Assembly: GCF_009914755.1 (NCBI RefSeq)
Contig: NC_060926.1
Length of the DNA: 64,000 nucleotides
Source of the DNA: the human T2T-CHM13v2.0 reference genome, Homo sapiens
Direction: 5' to 3' (one strand)
The notes under the pieces are model-generated. The model had not been told where the DNA came from. It saw only the letters and a list, made by a program, of their open reading frames with translations, and did not search any database. This document shows positions 1 through 12,374 of this stretch, one piece after another (within the stretch, counting starts at the first letter, position 1; each line of letters begins with the position of its first letter). A program made the position numbers and the translations under genes.

Positions 1-844
1 ACTAAGATCGCCATTGATTTTTTTGGATTTTTCCCACCAAACTACAGTGTTAAAATGAAACAGTTCTTGTGCAATGTGGAAAACTAGCAAAGATTTTTTA
101 AAAGCCAGATTTTCCCACCTATTTTTTTTAAAACTTTTTGTTCAGTGGCTTCATTTATTGTTGGATATCCTTAAGTGTTTATCTCTAAGATAAACAGTTA
201 ACTCCCATGCCAGAAAATTATGCCTCTTTATTGATTTACAGTCCCCTTTGGCCACATTCCATGCTCAATCTGCTGGTAATCAGTAGAATATTCTGGCTTT
301 CTCATATACCCTGGAGGATTGCGTGAAGGATCCCTTTTTCTTTCTGCTGCTTCTCCCCTCCCCACTGTGTTCAGGTAGGAATTTTTAAGGCATGGCAGCC
401 ACAGTAGAAAGAGGGAATAACATGTAGCAGTGTGATGAACGGCACACGCTCTTCTCAAGAGGGGACAGTCCTGATTGTGTGTTGGAAGAGAACAAGTATT
501 CTCTTTTCTTTACTGTGTCCTTGTGTTTGTTTATGGAAAGTATTTGAATAGCCTGGCATTTTCTCGGGGATGGTTTTGTTTCGCTTTTTTGCCAAATAGT
601 ATACCCTGGGTTCCACGTGTAGGTGAACTGCCAGTTCTCTGGCTGCCTAGATACTTTATGTCTTACTGTGGGACCCATTGGTCTGCACTTACGTGGTTTG
701 TCTTCTGGTCTTGTCTTAATTTGACTTCCTAGGGTCATTGATGAAACAATAGGCTATTTTATAGGAATGTCAAGGAATTGGTAGCTTATGATACCTTGCA
801 GTAGAAAAGTGTGTGTTTTTGTTTTTTTTTTAATTTCTCTGAAG

Positions 845-1031
845 CAAACGGCCAGTGTTGGTTCTTCAGAATGAAGCACTTTATCCACAGCGGCGGTCCT
901 ACACTAGTGAGGATGAGGCCTGGAAATCCTTCCTGGAAAACCCTCTCACTGCAGCGACCAAAGCGATGATGAGCATCAATGGAGATGAAGACAGCGCCGC
1001 TGCGCTGGGCCTGCTCTATGACTACTACAAG
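845..1031 (+). CDS. GRHL1: GRHL1 coding exon 2 (N-terminal activation region, [10 protein letters not shown]...LLYDYYK)
   Basis: T-rich tract + gaag|C acceptor; AAG|gtgggt donor; 187 nt; overlaps ORF 855..1082. Confidence 0.97.
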
Positions 1032-2240
1032 GTGGGTTTGCCTGCCTTTAAAACCCTTAACAGCAGTCTCCAATGCACTTGATTCAGCAGCATAGAAACA
1101 GACATTTGCTGGTAGAATGCCATGCAAGTTGCTTCTGTAGTGACTATAAATAGTTTAATGAGTACTTTGACTTACTGTGATTCGAAGCTAAAAATCTGTG
1201 ATTGTAGAATCAAAGGGTTGTTTTTAAAACATGCAAAGCGGTCAGCTGCTGTGGCTCTATCCAGAAGGTGAAGCTACCGTAAAAGAAGATGCTAGATGTG
1301 CCTTCTTGGGTTTGAGCATCTCACTGAAGGTGGTTCTTAGTGCCATGGAAAGTGGGCAGGGGTCATTTACCTTTTCACCTTTGTTCCTGGGTAGTCAGGA
1401 TGATTTCCTTTCCCTAAATGATACTACAGAGCCTTTGAAATCATATTCTGTAGTCTAGGACTGTCCAGTTCCAAGATCAGGATATGTTTTGTTGCCTGTT
1501 TCTAGAGATTTGGAGTACTCTTAATTAAATATAATCTATACTCTGCATGGAATTTTACATGATTTTCATTATCTGGAAGTGACACTACTGATTTGTCTCA
1601 TCATCATTGTCCTGATAACACTAGCTGCCACTATTATGCTAGACATGTTACCAGCCTGCGTGCGACTTCTCACTCAGAGGTCACAGCTAGGATGTGTGCA
1701 TCTGGGGCCCTAGTCTGGTCCATGGCCGAGGCCACTGTCTTTCTAATGCAGCGTGCATACCGCTCTCCTTCTGGATTCACCTCTCCATTCTTCCTTCTGA
1801 CCAGAAACACACATTTGGGGGTGGCTACGTCTTTAGGGTGCTACTTAAAACAGCAGACTGAGTTGAAGCACAGCTTTGCCACAGGGCCTTTGTCTCATTG
1901 TCACTCTGTGTGACTAACCTGTGTAATCATTGTGTTGTCATCAGTACCTGTATAAAAACAGGATCTGTTTGGGATTACCAGAAGCTTCTTAATGACAGTG
2001 TCTTCTCATGAATGTAGTGTATATTTTTTACAGTTTATTTTTGCTATCTTTTTGTTTTAAAAACTTTCAAACCTGCATAAAACTTAAAATAAGAGGATAA
2101 TTAATTCCTGAATACCTTTACCCAGAATCGCCAGTTGCTAGCCATTGGCTACATTCTGGCACTGTATTCTTTCCTTAATACAAGAAATACAGAGGTGAAA
2201 GAAGCCTAGGAGATAGTTTTATTATTAAAATTAGGGTGAT

Positions 2241-2468
2241 TAGCCTGAGCAACATGATGAGGCCCTGTCTCTACCAAAAATAAATAAATAAAAAAATACA
2301 GAAATTAGCCGGTTAGTACACATGCCTATAGTCTCAGCTACTTAGGAGGCTGAGGTGGGAGGATCACTTAAGCCTGGGAGTTGGAGGCTGCAGTGAGCTG
2401 AGATCATGCCATATCACTACACTCCAGCCTGGGTGACAGAGACAGACCCTATCTCAAAAAAAAAAAAT
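2241..2468 (+). mobile_element. Alu (5'-truncated, old/J-like)
   Basis: Alu right arm + A tail. Confidence 0.85.
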
Positions 2469-2912
2469 GGGGTGATTATTTCCTAGTATGAGGCCATGCG
2501 TCTAACTAAGTTGGGGCTGAGGGATTGAGGTAAGCTCTTTTTTCTTTGAATATGAGCAGAAACTTGTGTAATAACTAATGATGCTAGAAGAAACTCTTAC
2601 CAGGGAAACATAGCCATGAAGAGTTCCTTTGAAGTGGAAATTATTATATATCTGTTCTTATAGCTTGTTTTATTGACTTACTATAAATTAAGTTCCTAAA
2701 ACATTAATTATGAAGTTACATATTTTTAACTGAAACTTTTGAGAATGGGAGAAACTCGTTGGTACAAGTTTTGTGCCAGAAAGGCCCGTGTGATAACACT
2801 AGGTGTACTACTCCTGCGTCTCAGAAGCATGTAAATCCTCATGTCTGTCCATGAAGGGTGACAATTTTAGTGGTACTTACTTGTCAGACTTCTTGTGATA
2901 GGTGTAAATTTA

Positions 2913-3220
2913 TTTTCTTCTTCTTCTTCTTCTTTTTTTTTTTTTTAATAGAAGCAGAGTCTCGCTCTTGCCCACGCTGAAGTGTGGTGGTGCAGTCATA
3001 GCTCACTGCAACCTCAACCTCCTGGGGTTGACTGATTCTCCTGCCTCAGCTTCCTGAGTAACTAGGATTATAGGTCATGCCTGGCTAATTTTAAAATTTT
3101 TTGTAGAGAGGAGTCTCACTATGTTGCCCAGGCTGGTCTCAAATTCCTGGCCTCAGGTAATCTTCCTGCCTTAGCCTCCCAAAGTATTAGGATTACGGAC
3201 GTGAGCCACTGTGCCTGGCC
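2913..3220 (-). mobile_element. Alu (J-like) with (TTC)n/T tail
   Basis: Reverse-complement Alu dimer. Confidence 0.88.
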
Positions 3221-3342
3221 TATTTTCTTTTTCAAATAAACTGAATTATTTGTTTCAGGTCTTTGGCTGTATAAGCATCAGTCATTATTACATAATAATT
3301 TTGATAAAGCTTGAAAAGCATATTGTTAATACATGAAGCAGT

Positions 3343-3638
3343 ATTTTTTTTTTTTTTGATACAGAGTCTCGCTCTGTCGCCCAGGCTGGAGTGCAGTGGC
3401 GCAGTCTCAACTTACTGCAGCCTCTGCCTCCTGGGTTCAAGCAATTCTCCTGCCTCAGCCTCCCGAGTAGCTAGGACTGCAGGCGTGTGCCACCATGCCC
3501 AGCTAATTTTTTGTGTTTTTAGTAGAGACGGGGTTTTAACATGTTGGCCAGGATGGTCTCGATCTCTTGACCTTGTGATCCACCCGCCTCGGCCTCCCAA
3601 AGTGCTGGGATTACAGGCGTGAGCCACCGCGCCTGGCC
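3343..3638 (-). mobile_element. Alu (S-like)
   Basis: Full dimer; TSD-like agcagtRtttt. Confidence 0.92.
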
Positions 3639-4092
3639 AGCAGTGTTTTGTCTTTAATGGTGAAAACAAGGATGCAGGAATAGAATTTTCACGCTGAAAG
3701 CCATTTTTAAGCACCTTAGCCATTTTGGAGTGCGCAATGGGGTTAAATCTCAGTTGAGTTATTTCTACAGGACACTCACTAACATTTGCCTACTTTTCAC
3801 TTCCCTTGCAAAGAAAAGAACCAAAAAAGGAATAGAACACTGAGTTAGACTTGTCCTTTGGGTGATGGACGTATGAATCCCAGCGTATCTAAAGACAGTG
3901 ATCATATGAAGCCCTCATTTGGATCTTAGAAGAAATGAAGGGTTAACATGGCTGTTCCTTCTGCTTTTGCATTTGATCTGAATGGAGGGTGGTAGGAAAG
4001 AGCACTGAGAAAGTTGGAAGAGCTCCGTTGTGTTTTCAGTAGCTTCTTCTCTAATGTTGTGTAGATAAACGAGTAAAACCAGGGCAGAGGTA

Positions 4093-4410
4093 TTTCTTTT
4101 TTTCTTTTTTTTTTTTTTTTTGAGTCAGGAAGGGTCTTGCTCTATCGCCCAGGCCAGAGTGCAGTGGCGCAATCTCTGCTCACTGTAACCTCTGCCTCCG
4201 GGCTGAAGCGATCTTCTCACCGCAGTCTCTCTTGTGTAGCTGAGACTACAGGCACATGCTACCACGCCTGGCTAATTTTAAAATTTTTTTTGTAGAAATG
4301 AGTTTCACTGTGTTGCCCAGGCTGGTCTTGAACTCCTGGGCTCAAACAATCCTCCCACCTTGGCCTCCCAAAGTGGCTGGGATTACAGACATGAGCCACC
4401 AGCTGTGGCC
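4093..4410 (-). mobile_element. Alu (J-like)
   Basis: Full dimer; TSD-like gcRgaggtattt. Confidence 0.88.
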
Positions 4411-4715
4411 AGCGGAGGTATTTTTTTTTTAAGAGATGAGACCCAAACTCCATGACAAAATAAATTTATCATGCCCTGAGTTTATTTGGCAACTCAATAA
4501 CAGTTGCTTTTTACATATCAACCAGATGGGTGACTAGATTTTAAGCTCGTTGAGGGCAGATATTATAATTTGTGTGTCCCCATAGCCTGGTGTTTGCTAG
4601 GCAACCAGTAGATAAATGAATGATTGAATTTACTGAAAAATAAAAGGCTGTATCTTTGGGTAAACTGCACTTCACTGGATAAGAGCTAAATTCTTTTCAT
4701 GTGTGCTAATATCAG

Positions 4716-4786
4716 GTTCCAAGAGAGAGAAGGTCATCAACAGCAAAGCCAGAGGTGGAGCACCCTGAGCCAGATCACAGCAAAAG
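4716..4786 (+). CDS. GRHL1: GRHL1 exon 3 (VPRERRSSTAKPEVEHPEPDHSK)
   Basis: atcag|GTT acceptor, AG|gtaaca donor, 71 nt, phase 0 to 2. Confidence 0.96.
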
Positions 4787-6086
4787 GTAACATTCAGTGC
4801 CTAACAGCATAAAGAGTGCAGGGGGAAATGCCACGTTTCTGTAACAGCAAAATGGGAGTTTGTTTAAATGAACAACCACTAGTGAAAGAGATAGGTAAGT
4901 TGGACTCTTACTATCTAAATTCAGATTTCATCACTGATTTGCCTCTGTTGCTCTGAAATTTCCTTTTTTCTTTGGGCGTAGTAGTTGCCTTTTCTAGGAT
5001 GAAAGCACTAACATTCTCCTCCTCCAAAGGGATAGTTTTAGTAATAACTTCAGTATTTGCTTATTTGTTTTTGAGGTTTTCTTTAGAAGGATGTGTGGCA
5101 GTGGTCTATTAAAAAAATTAAGCACCAGTGACTCTTGAACAACTGCCTGAGTAAAATTGAATAAAGCAAGTTAAATTGTATTCAAATTCCTGTTGAAATT
5201 ATTTGTGAAATATTTTAGATTAAAACTTTCAGAAAATTTAATTAACGTTTGGCTAGCCATGAAAAACTTTAAAAAGACACCTTTTAAATTGTCTTGTGTT
5301 TTATTATCAATCAAGGAATGAAACATATTTAAAGGAAGAATGATCATCACCCAGTATCCCATTATCGTGATGATTGCTTTATTCATTGTTTTGATGTGTA
5401 TGCAAATTTTATGTAGCGTAGTTGTGTTCACAGATAGGATTTGGTAGTGTACTTTCTTCTACTTAGTTTGTTTCATAAACATTTTCTCTGTATTTTAATC
5501 TTCATAATTATCCTTTGGAAGAGGACTTGTGGCTTTTATCTTTTACTTTTCATTATGGGCATTTTCAAACATAATAAAAATAGAAAAACAGTATAAGCCC
5601 ACATGTATCCATGACCAGCCTCAACAGTTATCAACACAATTCCTCTTGTTTGATTTGTTCTTCCCTCTTCTTCAACTTTGAGATTAATTCATGTTTTTAT
5701 TTTATTTATTTTTGCTGGAACATTCTGAAGCAAACTGTAAATATCCTTACAATTGCTGCTATATCTAGTTTTCACTATTAAGAAGTCTTAAGGAACAACT
5801 TTCTAGACTTTTTCCGTTTTAGGATAAATTCCTGGGAGTGAATTTATGGTTCAGGGTTCAAACAGTTTTATTGATCTTGAAATGTACAGAATTCTCAATT
5901 TGCCTGTTTCTTGAAGCTTCAGCCTATATGATTTCTGGGGGCTTTGAAAATTCATTCATTTTACCCACTGGAAATCATCTTGTATTGCTCAAATTATTTA
6001 TCAAACCAAAATTTAATTTTATAAAAAGCAGATGTGTCTACTGATGCAATGTAACAATAGGTTTTCTTGGGTGAAAGAGAAAGCCA

Positions 6087-6398
<312 letters not shown>

Positions 6399-6444
6399 GG
6401 AGAAAGCCAAATGGCATAGGTGGTAGGAAAAGTGGTGACCAAGT

Positions 6445-6650
6445 AATAATAGCTCATACTTCTTGAAGACTGTGTGTCAGGCATTATTATACACCTTTTA
6501 GTGTATCATCTCATCTCAACCTGATGAGAATGGATGCCATTATTGTCCCCATTTTGCAGATGAGGATTCAGTTACTAAGAGATGAAGTAACTTGCTCAGG
6601 TGACACAGAACTTGAACCCAGGCAATTTGACCCTGGCGTCTATGCTGTAA
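6445..6650 (-). mobile_element. MIR
   Basis: ccccattttgcagatgagg...aagtaacttgctcaggtgacacag core. Confidence 0.65.
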
Positions 6651-6975
6651 CCCCAGTTGATCAGATCGCATAGCTTCAGGTTTCTAGTAAAACACAGTAA
6701 TTGTTTTTAGGATTATGGAAAGTAAAGCTTGTTAGAGGAGAGCTCTGAGCCCTTAGTATTTCGAATGAAATTTTACTTAATAGGTTTGGATTTTATTTGA
6801 CCGATAACCAGAAAGCCTTTTTCCCTTTATCTAGTAATGGGTAGTTTTGATGTTTTCTGTTTATTCTGTCAAGTGTTATTGCACAGGACCCAACAGCCCA
6901 ATGCCATTAGGAAAATAAAAATTGTCAAAGAACTACATCAGCATCGCGTTTGAAAGCAGTTTTCTTTTCTTAAAG

Positions 6976-7366
6976 AAACAGCATACCAATTGTGACAGAG
7001 CAGCCCCTCATCTCTGCTGGAGAAAACAGAGTGCAAGTACTGAAAAATGTGCCATTTAACATTGTCCTTCCCCATGGCAACCAGCTGGGCATTGATAAGA
7101 GAGGCCATCTGACAGCTCCAGATACGACAGTCACTGTCTCCATAGCAACGATGCCTACCCACTCCATCAAGACAGAAACCCAGCCACATGGCTTCGCTGT
7201 GGGAATCCCCCCAGCAGTGTATCATCCTGAGCCCACTGAGCGGGTGGTGGTTTTCGATCGGAATCTCAATACTGACCAGTTCAGCTCTGGTGCTCAAGCC
7301 CCAAATGCTCAAAGGCGAACTCCAGACTCGACCTTCTCAGAGACCTTCAAGGAAGGCGTTCAGGAG
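6976..7366 (+). CDS. GRHL1: GRHL1 exon 4 (NSIPIVTEQP...TFKEGVQE)
   Basis: ttttcttaaag|A acceptor, GAG|gtaagg donor, 391 nt, phase 2 to 0; overlaps ORF 6992..7468. Confidence 0.97.
7188..7366 (+). CDS. GRHL1: Alternative-frame N-terminus within exon 4 (MASLWESPQQ...RKAFR), in frame with exon 6 when exon 5 is skipped
   Basis: ATG at 7188; 179 nt to the exon 4 donor = 59 codons + AG, completed by the first G of exon 6 and continuing into NNFEYTLE; predicted 429 aa. Confidence 0.6.
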
Positions 7367-8384
7367 GTAAGGAAACAAAAACATCTTCCTAAGACGCCTG
7401 CGTGTTTGTATAAGTATTGGGTTCCACCTTTTCCTTGTTATGTAAGCATGAAACTCAGCCTGAAATGAATGGATTAGGAATAAAAGATTTTTTTTTTAAG
7501 AGAAAAGGCCCATGGGTATAATTTGTAAACTAAACCTATACAACCAGAAGTTATTATCAAGGATGCAAGGCTAATCTTACCAGCAGCTGAGTTAACAATT
7601 ATGATTTCAGCTAAGGGATTTGCTGGAGAAAGAGAACCCCATACATAATCTTCTGTTGACCACAGGTAGATTCTCCTAGTCTGTTTTCAGCACTTCTCCC
7701 AGTGCCAAACAAGCTCCCTGGAGCTCATATAAAATGAGTTATTATATCTTTGCTTGGTGTTTCTTGGTTGGTAATGTAGTCAGGGAGAGCACAAATGCAT
7801 TGTGTGAGGTTTACAAATTAATTCCAAATAGTTCTGGGGGTTTTATGGTGATGAATACCTCACTCAGCTAAAAGTTAGGGACTAAAGGTGTTAGAAACCA
7901 TACTTAGTGACTTGGTGGGGTAAAGAGCATCCATCTCTGCGTATGGAGTTAGGGGCAGAATGTTAGCCTTTCCTGAGAAAATGCACCACATCTCTTCAGC
8001 TGTGGTGTGAACTTGATGCTGTGTCTTAACTTGGTATAATGATAGGGTGACTTTTAAAAGTCATGAAATTTTGGTTGCAGGTCCTAGTGTTTGAACAGAG
8101 TTGGGATGTGTGTGAAAGACAGAAAAGGGGGTCGTGAGTCAGAAGCACTTAGTGGGAGTACCTACACAGCTTGTTGTAATTTACTTGAGTGGCATATAAA
8201 AGTGGATATTTTCTCTGTTTTAATTTTTTAAGTATTTGTAGAATCAAAATTTTTACTCAAAAATAAATATGGAAAGGATAGTGGGTTGCTGTAAGCCACA
8301 TACTTTTATGCGGTACCAGAGCTTGGTCTTTAGTAAGCATGATAACCAGTTAAATAGTTGTGGCTTATCACATTGATATTTCAG

Positions 8385-8461
8385 GTTTTCTTCCCCTCGG
8401 ATCTCAGTCTGCGGATGCCTGGCATGAATTCAGAGGACTATGTTTTTGACAGTGTTTCTGG
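8385..8461 (+). CDS. GRHL1: GRHL1 exon 5 (VFFPSDLSLRMPGMNSEDYVFDSVS)
   Basis: atttcag|GTT acceptor, GG|gtaata donor, 77 nt. Confidence 0.95.
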
Positions 8462-9111
8462 GTAATAGATGTCTTTTAATTTGATTTTTAATTTGCAGCT
8501 TTTATAACTTATTCCTTTCTTGTTAACTTGATAAATCAAAGGTGGCTTTAGCAGGCTTTCCCCTTATCTTACTACTTTTACTGTGGTACAGTCTTGGGTA
8601 GAGGACATCTGCTTCAGTGCTTTTAATTTTGAACTCTTTGAACTATGTTTCAAGTTTCCTTAATTCTTGGTGTTGGTGCTTTTTCTTTCTTTTGGATTCT
8701 TTATGTGATGGTAGTAGAATGGAATCTAATAGGAGAGATGAGGGGATTAAATTAGGTCTCTGAGGTCCTTTCTGTTGCCAAATATATATAATTAGGTGAG
8801 AATTTAGGAGTAATATCAAGTGATAAAAGCTTTTTTTTTTTAAAATCAGCCTCACTAATGATAAAATAAATGAAGTCAACTTTTTTCTGAGCTGACAACT
8901 TTCTTTTGACCTCACAAAATTGTATCTCACTCTGGGAGTATGAATATTTTCCAAGTTAATTAGGAACTCATATTTTGTTTTATGTGTTTTTTACATGTGT
9001 TATATTTTACAGTTTTAAAAGTGTCTAAGATTTTATGGGAATTGAGACTTCCCTTATAGATCTGCCTCAAGATGCAGGAGTCCCAAATGGAAATACCTTT
9101 AGGGTTTAGGA

Positions 9112-9320
9112 TAGGGGTCAGCTAACTTTTTCTGTAAAGACTCAGAGAGTAAATATTTCAGGCTTTGTGGGCCATACAACCTCTGTATATTTTTGCAACT
9201 ACCCCGGTCTGCCATTGTGCAAAAGCAGCCATAGGTAATGTGTAAACAAATGATGTGGCTATGTGCTAATAAAACTTTAGTTACAAAAATAGGTGTAATC
9301 TGCTGAGCCGTGGCCTGGGA
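9112..9320. mobile_element. MER58-like hAT DNA transposon relic
   Basis: ggggtcagctaactttttctgtaaag...aaatatttcaggctttgtgggccata. Confidence 0.65.
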
Positions 9321-9815
9321 AGGTTCTTAAACAACTTTAGGGGCATATATGAGTGGTAGTGTTAGGTAATAGGTAATGTCGAGAATTGTGGAGTGCCTGC
9401 CTATTAAAGACATTTAAATTACAAGTAGGAACAACAAAAAAATGCTATATAGGCCAAAAGGAATTTAGTCAGAGGAACACCAGCCACCTGTCTGAAACCT
9501 CTGCTGGATAAATATCAGATTGGCAGCATGTCTTGTGAGAAGTTCCTTCCAAAGTCCTTTCCACCTATCAGTATCTTTAATATCTCGAGCCCTCAAACTC
9601 AGGATGTCCGATTACTGACATCCATCACATCATAGAATTTTTAATCGGCAATTTGTACTTCCACCTCTGAGAGACTTGAGAATTTTTAGCTGCTGAGTAC
9701 TTTTGTTTCAGATTTTCTTTAAGTGAAAAAGATAGCAAATGCTATTTATAATATGATGTATAGCAAGCTTCCACGAGAGTAGATTTAGAGACCTGTGACT
9801 TTTTTTGTCCTTTAG

Positions 9816-9972
9816 GAACAACTTTGAATATACCCTAGAAGCTTCAAAATCACTTCGACAGAAGCCAGGAGACAGTACCATGACGTACCTGAACAAAGGC
9901 CAGTTCTATCCCATCACCTTGAAGGAGGTGAGCAGCAGTGAAGGAATCCATCATCCCATCAGCAAAGTTCGA
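9816..9972 (+). CDS. GRHL1: GRHL1 exon 6, start of CP2/Grainyhead DNA-binding domain (NNFEYTLEA...ISKVR)
   Basis: tttag|G acceptor, CGA|gtaagt donor, 157 nt; [12 protein letters not shown] motif. Confidence 0.97.
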
Positions 9973-10164
9973 GTAAGTTCTGCTCTTAGTCCTGTTCTCT
10001 AGGAAAGCTAGTCAGAGCCTAACATTTCCAGGTCTGAAGCAGCTCTGAATGACCGCCTGAAATTGCAGCTTTAAGCCTTCACTGTAAAATATAGTACTAA
10101 ATACGTTTTCCAAAACATACTCACCCTTTAGTGTCTTTATGTTGTAATGCATTCTCTTTCACAG

Positions 10165-10276
10165 AGTGTGATCATGGTGGTTTTTGCTGAAGACAAAAGC
10201 AGAGAAGATCAGTTAAGGCATTGGAAGTACTGGCACTCCCGGCAGCACACCGCTAAACAAAGATGCATTGACATAG
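10165..10276 (+). CDS. GRHL1: GRHL1 exon 7 (SVIMVVF...KQRCIDI)
   Basis: ctttcacag|AGT acceptor, G|gtaagc donor, 112 nt; [14 protein letters not shown] motif. Confidence 0.97.
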
Positions 10277-11216
10277 GTAAGCAGCTCAAGAGCCCGCTTT
10301 TATTCCCAGAGGTGCAGCCATCCAGTTTTCTAAATCCAATTATTTTTGGCAGTGATCAGCTTCCTGCCGAAAGCATTTGAATTTTTATGCCAGCTACTGA
10401 TCTGTTCCAAACACTGTCCTCGGCCTCCTGGAACCAGTGCTCTCACCATTGCTCCCATGCAGTAATGGGACATGTGCCCACGTGGTGGCTTTCCACAGGA
10501 CACTAGGGCCAGAAGCCATGTAGCTGGCTAACCTGAGAATGTCCCCACTGTTCAGTCTGCAATTGCTTTAAGGGGTAATATCTTCTTTAAAAGATTCTGA
10601 TTATTATTTGGAGATGATGGAGGTAGAGAAAAAAACAAGTAAAAGAAAGATATTGCTGCTGTGCAGTTGCCTAACAGTCTTCCCTAGTCACGTGCTAAAC
10701 CGTGTAACTAACCTCTCTGTGGGCTGTAGTGGCAAACCTGTGCAAATCTGTATTTACTGAAGTAGCGTTACACAGACCTCTGTTCTTGCCATGTATGTAA
10801 TTTTCATGTAAAACCATTGTCTGTATCACAGATGGCTGTTTAATATTAGTGTTACTTTTTTTCTTTACCTTTTGTAATGCTCTTGTTTCCTTTTCAGGAG
10901 AATGAGAACTCAGTTCTAATCTTGGTTCTACAGAGTAGTTTTGTGACCTTGGGACTGTTATTTAAACTTTTTAGACTTAAATTTCCTAATTGTGACATAA
11001 TGAGATTGAATTAAATATGTCTAAGCTTGCCTCTATTACAAAAACTCTGTGATTCTTTTTCTTCGTATTTTGAACTTCTTCTAATCGAACAAAATGTTAA
11101 TTTAAATTGTCCAGAGGTGATAATGCTAAAAACTAGATCTTATTTTGAACTGCTGGGATCCCATGTTGAAACTAAGACTCATGAGTTTTCATTTTCTCTT
11201 CCACCGCTTCCTGTAG

Positions 11217-11311
11217 CTGACTATAAAGAAAGCTTCAACACTATCAGTAACATCGAGGAGATTGCGTATAACGCCATTTCCTTCACATGGGACATCAACG
11301 ATGAAGCAAAG
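11217..11311 (+). CDS. GRHL1: GRHL1 exon 8 ([31 protein letters not shown])
   Basis: cctgtag|CT acceptor, AAG|gtgggt donor, 95 nt. Confidence 0.97.
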
Positions 11312-12011
11312 GTGGGTGGTGAGGTCTGGGCGCCTTATGTCCAGCCATTTGAGAAATGGGAGGAGTTTAATGATTTGACAACTGATTTTTTTTTTTTTCA
11401 CAGTTTTATGTGTTTCATTCTCAGGTGTTATGAAACTATCCTCTTCCCTTTTTATTCTCCCCTCCTCCAAAACAGATCATTTTTGTTGCCATCCTTTGCA
11501 CAGAGTCCAGTGTGTGAAACATTGAGATTAAGTTGCACTCTGCCACTCCTGCCTGTTCAGCCTTGAGTCTGACTCCTCATTTGCTTTGCCTCATTTCCTC
11601 ATTTGCACAGTGGAGGTGATATCTGTCTCCTCCCTCTATTGAAGGAGGTGTAAGGAGTAATGAAACAATGCCCATCAAACTGTTGGAGTGGCTTTGAGAA
11701 AGGCTCTTAAATATAAGTGATTATTAGTAGTACTCTGTTTCATATCATCACCTTGTAAATATGACTCTGTGTTAAGATTCTTCTGTCTTGGGCTTTTCCC
11801 ATTGAAGAGTTGCCTCCAGTTCAGTTGGAGTAACTCTAATTGGCTAGAGTTACTCCTTGTGGGCGACTCTAATGGGAATTTTTGTGCCCTTGAAGAAAAA
11901 TTCAGCATATTCCTAAGTCCTTTCTGCCTTGCCCCTGCCTTCTTCCCTGTGAGTGTGATCCTTCTCCACTCAATTATTAGAGTTCCTGTATTTCTTTCTT
12001 TCTTTGGATTA

Positions 12012-12374
<363 letters not shown>

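Noticed and set aside
1-844. Search for GRHL1 promoter or first exon
   Set aside because: AT-rich, no CpG island and no MTQEYD-coding sequence; this is intron 1 and the promoter lies outside the window.
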